Virus record (IMG/VR): IMGVR_UViG_3300017780_003752
Coordinates: 1-28,616 of that record
Direction: 5' to 3' (one strand)
DNA: 28,616 nucleotides
From: a virus
Lineage: Duplodnaviria > Caudoviricetes
How positions within the stretch are numbered: the first letter of the stretch is position 1; the number at the start of each line of letters is the position of its first letter. The position numbers were made by a program, and so were the translations under genes. Of this stretch, positions 23,496-28,616 are shown one piece after another. Under the pieces are notes generated by a model. The model did no database searches and was not told the DNA's origin. It saw only the letters and a program-made list of their open reading frames with translations.

Positions 23496-23784
23496 TTTGA
23501 GCTACCTCCTCGTAGGTACTTATAATAGCGTCTATTTCTTGGATTATGGTATTGGCGGCGACCCAGCGAGCAGCGACTTCTTCCATTGGTATCTCAGTGA
23601 TTGGGGTGCCGTTTGGCAGACATAGTTGGTAGAACTTCTTACGTGCTTCAAGGTGTTCTTTAAGCAACTTCCATTCTGGTTTCTCCGTAAAAGCAGCCAT
23701 TTGTCTTTCTCTTGATTTAGACTCTGGGTCTACTTGACTTACAGGTAGGTCGATTGAACTGCCTTCTGGTATACCGTACTTCAT
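23473..23784 (-). CDS. Small helical post-portal protein
   Basis: 103 aa, AGGAG RBS, PEWKLLKEHL helix; position typical of small genes following podovirus portals. Confidence 0.6.
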   Translation of the reverse strand: MKYGIPEGSSIDLPVSQVDPESKSRERQMAAFTEKPEWKLLKEHLEARKKFYQLCLPNGTPITEIPMEEVAARWVAANTIIQEIDAIISTYEEVAQSVRTQTP

Positions 23785-23799
23785 TTAACTCTCCTTAAA

Positions 23800-25710
23800 T
23801 TACATTGAATCTAATTCTTGGGCGATTGAGCCTAAGTCTGGGTCTTGGAACGTCATGCCTCTAACTGAAGTTGCTGCTGGAGCAATAGCTGATTGTTGAG
23901 CCATCATTTTTTCTTCTTGCATCTTAGCTTGTTCTTCGGCTTGCATTTGTGCTTGCTGCTGCATTAAGGCTTCTCGTTCAGCTATCTCTTGCTCGTTAAG
24001 TGGGCGGACATATTGGTTAGCGTTCGGCAGGTCAGATAACGACTGGTAATCAGTAAGCATTTCGTCCCAACCTATTACTAGATTTGGATTCTCTTTAAGT
24101 TCGTTCTGGAACTTTCCGACCACACCCATAAGCCTCTCAAGCGATGCGAGTTGTTTCTCTTTGTCCATTTCCTTAGTAGAGCCGTGAGTAATGTTGAATC
24201 GGTAAGCAGCGTCTTTTAGACCATCTGGCTTAATCATTAGAGTACCAGCTTCACCAGATTCACTAGGCTGTACCATTTCAAGTATGTCTTCGTAGCCCAT
24301 CTTCTGTATTTCTTCAATATCTTTGGCGAATAGTGTTACAGGTATGTCTTCGGTTCCGATATTGCCTACAAGTGAGAAGAACCCATCTGTAAGTTGTTCA
24401 ATAGCCTGTTCCATGTAGGTGCGTTCTTGGCCGTCACGAGTAGCCTCTTTGTCGCCATACATGTTTATAGCAGCAGGAGTTTTACCCTGAGATGGATTCA
24501 ATGCCTCAGCGCCAGGGATAGAAGCATTCTGTGTCCCGTAAAGAGAAAGCAAAGAACCCGTCAACTGTGATTGGGCGGCCTGGTAAGTCGAAAGACCAGC
24601 CGTAGAAGTTTCAAGACGTCGGATTGAGTTTGGAATTGTCTCCATCATTACCTGAGCAGGGTTGGTAGCGTCGATTGTGTGCTTGATTACACCGTTGGCG
24701 TTGATAACCATAGGAGGTGAAAGGTTCATTTTAATACCGTGGAAGTAGAAGTTGGTTAGACCGTCTCTAGCAAACTGTAGTGGTTTGGCTCGTTGGAAGT
24801 CACCCATGCCGTAGAATGAATCGTAAAGAGGCATAGAGTATTTAATGACGAAAGGTATCTTGCCGTTCTTGTGAGGGTTAGCAAGTCGCCTAACTTCTAA
24901 GCATCCGTGGTCAGGAGCGAATGTTACCCACTCGCCATCTTCGCCAGCTTCATATCTAGTAGCTAAACAGATACCCTTCTTAGAATCTCCGAGGGTACGA
25001 ATACGGCTAACTTCTGTATCGCGCTTAGGGTCAACTGAGCCTTTTTCATCACCAGCTTCAACAAGCTCCTTGAGTGTTTGGAGAGAAGCTTTGTCCCAGC
25101 CAGCGGCTTCATCTTCCTCTAAGTATTCATCAATCTGTTTCTCATCTACCCAGGATAGTGCAGTTACATAGCCCATGTCTGCGAGTGATGTACGTCCCAT
25201 CTGGGGGATAAGATTGCGTGGGTTCCACAACCAACAGTCTGGCCCAATGTATGAGCCATCTGGGGATACATTCCAGTCATAATACATAGGCATATACCCG
25301 TAGACAGAAGAATAGAGTTGCCACATTCTCAACTTAATAAAGAACGGGTGTTGAGAGTTTGCATTAGGGTATATCCATTTTTGGCGCAGAATCTCCATGA
25401 AGGCAGCTTTGCCAGTATCTCGTTTTGCGATAGCCTCTACTTGTCCATCAGGCAACTTGCCCATAACTCTAGCAGCTCGTTCTATTGCAAGGGTAGCGGC
25501 ATAGCTGTCGGTGATAGAAGACTTCTTAACAGACTTAGAAACAGAGTCCCACACCTCACCAATAAGCATAGCCTCGTAAGCATCAAACTCAGTGATGTAA
25601 TTGTCATGTGCTTCAAGGTCATCAGCGAACTGACTCTTTAGCTCGTAGATTGTTTCGCCTTTGTTTTCAGTAATAGACTCTTTTTCTTCGTACTCTTTTT
25701 TGTCTTTCAC
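23800..25710 (-). CDS. Portal protein (P22-like)
   Basis: 636 aa, GTG start with AAGGA RBS, between terminase and scaffold; KIPFV...FYGMG motif; Gln-rich C-terminal helix resembling a portal barrel. Confidence 0.8.
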   Translation of the reverse strand: MKDKKEYEEKESITENKGETIYELKSQFADDLEAHDNYITEFDAYEAMLIGEVWDSVSKSVKKSSITDSYAATLAIERAARVMGKLPDGQVEAIAKRDTGKAAFMEILRQKWIYPNANSQHPFFIKLRMWQLYSSVYGYMPMYYDWNVSPDGSYIGPDCWLWNPRNLIPQMGRTSLADMGYVTALSWVDEKQIDEYLEEDEAAGWDKASLQTLKELVEAGDEKGSVDPKRDTEVSRIRTLGDSKKGICLATRYEAGEDGEWVTFAPDHGCLEVRRLANPHKNGKIPFVIKYSMPLYDSFYGMGDFQRAKPLQFARDGLTNFYFHGIKMNLSPPMVINANGVIKHTIDATNPAQVMMETIPNSIRRLETSTAGLSTYQAAQSQLTGSLLSLYGTQNASIPGAEALNPSQGKTPAAINMYGDKEATRDGQERTYMEQAIEQLTDGFFSLVGNIGTEDIPVTLFAKDIEEIQKMGYEDILEMVQPSESGEAGTLMIKPDGLKDAAYRFNITHGSTKEMDKEKQLASLERLMGVVGKFQNELKENPNLVIGWDEMLTDYQSLSDLPNANQYVRPLNEQEIAEREALMQQQAQMQAEEQAKMQEEKMMAQQSAIAPAATSVRGMTFQDPDLGSIAQELDSM

Positions 25711-25722
25711 GGTTTTTCCTTT

Positions 25723-26010
25723 TTAGTATTGGGTTTTTTTGGTGTCGTGGATACTAATGATGGAGATTTGTCCATCTTTATATTGTAATTCTATATGAGC
25801 CTGACCAGAATATCCAGTGTTTTTCAAGTTTTCAAGTATAGCATGGACGTCGTGTAGTGCAGCATCGGTGTCAGTATATCTTAGAGTTTCTTGCCCCAGT
25901 GTCTCGACAGCCACTACTTTACGGTTTACCTTGTGGACTATAAGGTTTATCTGTCCGTAGGGGATAGCGTCGATGTAGCCTTGTATATCAGAGTGAGCTT
26001 TGCTAATCAT
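25723..26010 (-). CDS. Small protein with two tandem DUF2292/YezD-like units
   Basis: IPYGQINLIVHKVNRKVVAVE...TLRY and GYSGQAHIELQYKDGQISIIS...KTQY share a helix-G-strand-turn-strand pattern. Confidence 0.55.
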   Translation of the reverse strand: MISKAHSDIQGYIDAIPYGQINLIVHKVNRKVVAVETLGQETLRYTDTDAALHDVHAILENLKNTGYSGQAHIELQYKDGQISIISIHDTKKTQY

Positions 26011-26016
26011 AATTTT

Positions 26017-26025
26017 ATAATACCA
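26017..26025 (-). promoter_or_regulatory. Extended -10 element (TGgTATTAT) 6 nt before ATG, possible leaderless transcript
   Basis: TGGTATTAT-aaaatt-ATG; no Shine-Dalgarno in front of this gene. Confidence 0.4.
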
Positions 26026-26030
26026 CTTTT

Positions 26031-27365
26031 CTACATTAACCCGTAATCGTTGAATGTAATCTTGGGTTCGGGCATCTTTGAATCTTTCTCTACACCGTGT
26101 TTTAAATGCAGCACAACATACCTATATGCGTCAAGTCCGTGGTCATTCTCTTTCATTGGGAGGTCGCTTGGATTGCGGTTTGGTCTGTCCTCTGGATATT
26201 TGTAGGATTCCATCTCAATTATAAAGTTGCGACAGTTAGAAGTGACAAACATAGAGGGTTTTGGCAGCCCTACTAGCTGGGTACGGGGTTTGAGGAGGTT
26301 TCTCACTAGGTCGATACCGTCAATAATACTTCCTGCTCCCTTAGAAGCTGGCACCATTGGGAACTCTTTGCTCATAACTTCAAGTGCATCACGGTTAGCA
26401 GAGTCTCCAACCATCAAAACTAGACGTTTATCGCCTATCTTTTGACGTATTCTAGGGATTATGTCGTTCAATACCTCTTGTCTAGCATAAATCTCATCAA
26501 ATATATAATAGTTCTGGTCTTTGTCAATACCTATAAGGATAAATGCGGTGGTGTGGTAGCCGAAGTCGATTCCTCCGTAGATAGTGAGGTCATCTGGTAC
26601 GTCTTTTGGCGGGATTACGTGTATCTTGCGGTCAAAGATTGGATAAACAGCGCCCTGTACGCTCTTAAACTCAAGCTCGTATTCCTGCAAGAAGGCGGGG
26701 AGTGTGCCTTTTCTCTCGGCATCACGCCTTGCTAGGTCGATTGCTTCAGCTCTCACATAGGGAGAGTCTCGCCAGGTAGCCTCTAAGTAGAACCAGTCGG
26801 GGTTATCTCTAGCGTCCATCACCATATCGTAGAAATGGTTGTAGCCTCTTGGCGTACCGAGGAATATCGCCCAACCACCCGTGGTCGTGAACATCGGTTC
26901 GTAAACAGTAGCGAAGTTCTCAGCTTTTTGGTCGCCATACTCGTCAAAGATGATACCTTCTACTTTTAGCCCACGATGAGAGTCGGCTTGGTCGGAACCT
27001 AAAAGTTGAATTGAACTACGGGGTAGGCTTTCGTCGTGGTTCATCTCTATCACCTCACCCCACGGCATCTTGATTGGGCCTTGAATGTAGTGGAACTCGA
27101 TGATGAGTTCTTGTTCGTTCTTCTTATATATGAGTTCTTTGGGGATTAGGGGGACGTATTGGCGCCAAATAACCTGATGAGCATGTTTATAAGTATCAAA
27201 AACTACTAGGTAGTTACCTTGTTTAGCAACGGCACTAATCCAGGCGTGTTGAGTGGCGAAGTACGACTTACCCGACTGACGACCAAAAAGAAGCACAGCT
27301 CGCTTAAAGCCATCTCTTAAAATAGCTGCGTGAGCCTGTGCTTGCTTTGGGGAGGCCTTGTACAT
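26031..27365 (-). CDS. terL: Terminase large subunit
   Basis: Walker A GRQSGKS, Walker B IIFDE, motif III GTP, RNase H nuclease GIDFG and DHGLDAYRY. Confidence 0.95.
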   Translation of the reverse strand: MYKASPKQAQAHAAILRDGFKRAVLLFGRQSGKSYFATQHAWISAVAKQGNYLVVFDTYKHAHQVIWRQYVPLIPKELIYKKNEQELIIEFHYIQGPIKMPWGEVIEMNHDESLPRSSIQLLGSDQADSHRGLKVEGIIFDEYGDQKAENFATVYEPMFTTTGGWAIFLGTPRGYNHFYDMVMDARDNPDWFYLEATWRDSPYVRAEAIDLARRDAERKGTLPAFLQEYELEFKSVQGAVYPIFDRKIHVIPPKDVPDDLTIYGGIDFGYHTTAFILIGIDKDQNYYIFDEIYARQEVLNDIIPRIRQKIGDKRLVLMVGDSANRDALEVMSKEFPMVPASKGAGSIIDGIDLVRNLLKPRTQLVGLPKPSMFVTSNCRNFIIEMESYKYPEDRPNRNPSDLPMKENDHGLDAYRYVVLHLKHGVEKDSKMPEPKITFNDYGLM

Positions 27366-28139
27366 CTACGCCGCTTCTGAGTAGGACTCTACCTCTACGA
27401 CAGAGCTACCTATAACCATTTGTTCTTTGCGGTTAGTCTTCACTGCTTTGGGGCGGTTAAAGACCTCAAGTAACCAGCTCTTGTAGCGTAGTTTACGCAT
27501 TTGTTCTAGGAAGTCTTTGGAGTTGGCATTGGTGACTGGTAGTCCAAGTTGCTGGGCTTCTTTCATCGAAGCAGCTGGGTCTTCGAAGAAAAATGCTTTC
27601 TTAACTAGGTAGCTTTTGAATTGAGGTTTGCCCTGTTCATCAAGCACGGGTTTGCCGACATTATCAGTTATAACTGTAGGTTCGCCGTCATCTTCAAATA
27701 ATCGCTTGTACAGTCGTAGCTCAAATCGTGGCTCAGAGAAGCTGGTGCCGTACTTGGTCTCGTACTGGGTTTGTTCGACGTCCCAGTTAAGGTAGTAGTT
27801 CTGTTTAAAAGCAAAACGCTCTAGTTCTCGTAGGTCGTAGAGGTCTTGGCGGGGGTCAGAGTAGTCTCTAGGGTCAACAGAGAATTTCTGCATGATACCA
27901 ATAGCTCGGCCCAACTGATTAAGTTGTGGCTCGTTTTTGGTGTCAAAGGTCTCAGTCTTGGAAGTCTCTAGTTTATTTAGGCGCTCCATCAAAGCCTGGA
28001 ACTGGTCTTGGGTTAGTTCAACCTTGTTCTCTTGTTGTGCTGGCTGTTGGGGCTGAGGAGACTCAGCTACGGTCTTAGATTTATTTCGCAGTCGCTCATC
28101 ATTAGCTAGTTGAGCTGGGGTGCGTACTCTTTTTGTCAT
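27366..28139 (-). CDS. Hypothetical protein upstream of terminase (257 aa)
   Basis: Long ORF with GAGGGA RBS, abutting terL; occupies the usual terS position but no terS motif recognised. Confidence 0.7.
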   Translation of the reverse strand: MTKRVRTPAQLANDERLRNKSKTVAESPQPQQPAQQENKVELTQDQFQALMERLNKLETSKTETFDTKNEPQLNQLGRAIGIMQKFSVDPRDYSDPRQDLYDLRELERFAFKQNYYLNWDVEQTQYETKYGTSFSEPRFELRLYKRLFEDDGEPTVITDNVGKPVLDEQGKPQFKSYLVKKAFFFEDPAASMKEAQQLGLPVTNANSKDFLEQMRKLRYKSWLLEVFNRPKAVKTNRKEQMVIGSSVVEVESYSEAA

Positions 28140-28189
28140 TAGATTCCCTCTTAGTTATATTAGTTATTTTTTTAAGAGTGTGTGTTTGT

Positions 28190-28402
28190 CTATAAAATAC
28201 CACTAATGTTTTGTTTTGGCAATCGCTTGCTTATACGCCCGCCCTTACGTCCAGCAATACGAGCGAGTTCACGATTAGCTGCAAAGCCACCAGTCGTCCC
28301 CTTCTTGCCGCCAATAGCACCTATCCTCTTATAAAAATCCTCACCGTGCTTAGCTTTGTTTGTTCGGGCTGTTTTAATTCCGCCCTCTCTTGTTGCTGAC
28401 AT
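28190..28402 (-). CDS. KGG-repeat (general stress-induced type) small basic protein
   Basis: HGEDFYKRIGAIGGKKG and ELARIAGRKGGRIS repeats; AAAGGA RBS. Confidence 0.85.
   Translation of the reverse strand: MSATREGGIKTARTNKAKHGEDFYKRIGAIGGKKGTTGGFAANRELARIAGRKGGRISKRLPKQNISGIL
28194..28222 (-). promoter_or_regulatory. Sigma70-type promoter for the packaging operon
   Basis: TTGCCA (28222-28217) - 17 nt - TATTTT (28199-28194) with extended TG; lies within the 3' end of the KGG gene. Confidence 0.55.
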
Positions 28403-28404
28403 CT

Positions 28405-28614
28405 CTAGTTTCCTTTCTTACAGTTTAATTTTCCACAATCCATTCTAAGCCCCAAATGCCCCTTGCATACCTCAGTATCTAATTCCGCCGCAGTCACAAC
28501 GCCAGGTATGGAGGGAACCTTCGGCCGTCTGACAGAAGCGGGGAGTATCTTAGGCGGCTTAAGACCCATAGAACTGGTGCCCATTAGATATAAGTTTTCG
28601 TCCAGTCGTTCATT
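28405..28614 (-). CDS. 3' end of a hypothetical protein with Cys/His-rich C-terminus (start probably outside the window)
   Basis: Frame open to the window edge: ...NERLDENLYLMGTSSMGLKPPKILPASVRRPKVPSIPGVVTAAELDTEVCKGHLGLRMDCGKLNCKKGN*; stop 2 nt before the KGG ATG. Confidence 0.5.
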   Translation of the reverse strand, partial: NERLDENLYLMGTSSMGLKPPKILPASVRRPKVPSIPGVVTAAELDTEVCKGHLGLRMDCGKLNCKKGN

Positions 28615-28616
28615 CA

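Noticed and set aside
263-28399. All plus-strand ORFs in the track
   Set aside because: They are antisense shadows of well-supported minus-strand genes, with no recognisable motifs.
1-28616. Stop-codon reassignment (code 15 or 25) as in some CPR or gut phages
   Set aside because: Conserved genes (terL, portal, capsid, groEL) are full length in code 11, and TAA, TAG and TGA all end genes at sensible places.

Overview
The window is the late (virion morphogenesis and lysis) region of a tailed dsDNA phage with podovirus-type architecture; no tape measure, sheath or tube gene is recognisable. All credible genes lie on the minus strand, many are translationally coupled, and they read cleanly in genetic code 11. 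Order from right to left: KGG-repeat protein, unknown, terminase large subunit, portal, scaffold, major capsid, two probable capsid accessory proteins, an intrinsic terminator, then an unusual ~8 kb block. That block holds a complete groES-groEL pair, two long fibre-like proteins (one almost charge-free and rich in Ser/Thr/Asn repeats), a GT-A glycosyltransferase, an HNH endonuclease and a SAM methyltransferase. It is followed by two probable ejection proteins, adaptor, nozzle, two fibre proteins and a lysis cassette (membrane proteins plus an M23 endolysin with an internal ribosome-binding site). The best candidate for a new system is the chaperonin + fibre + glycosyltransferase/methyltransferase block, which may be a phage-encoded virion-surface folding and glycosylation cassette with its own promoter hidden inside the upstream terminator. 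The KGG protein and GroEL signatures suggest a Patescibacteria (Saccharibacteria) host, but this rests on recalled family features and needs a search. Five small or partial ORFs missing from the ORF track were translated by hand.
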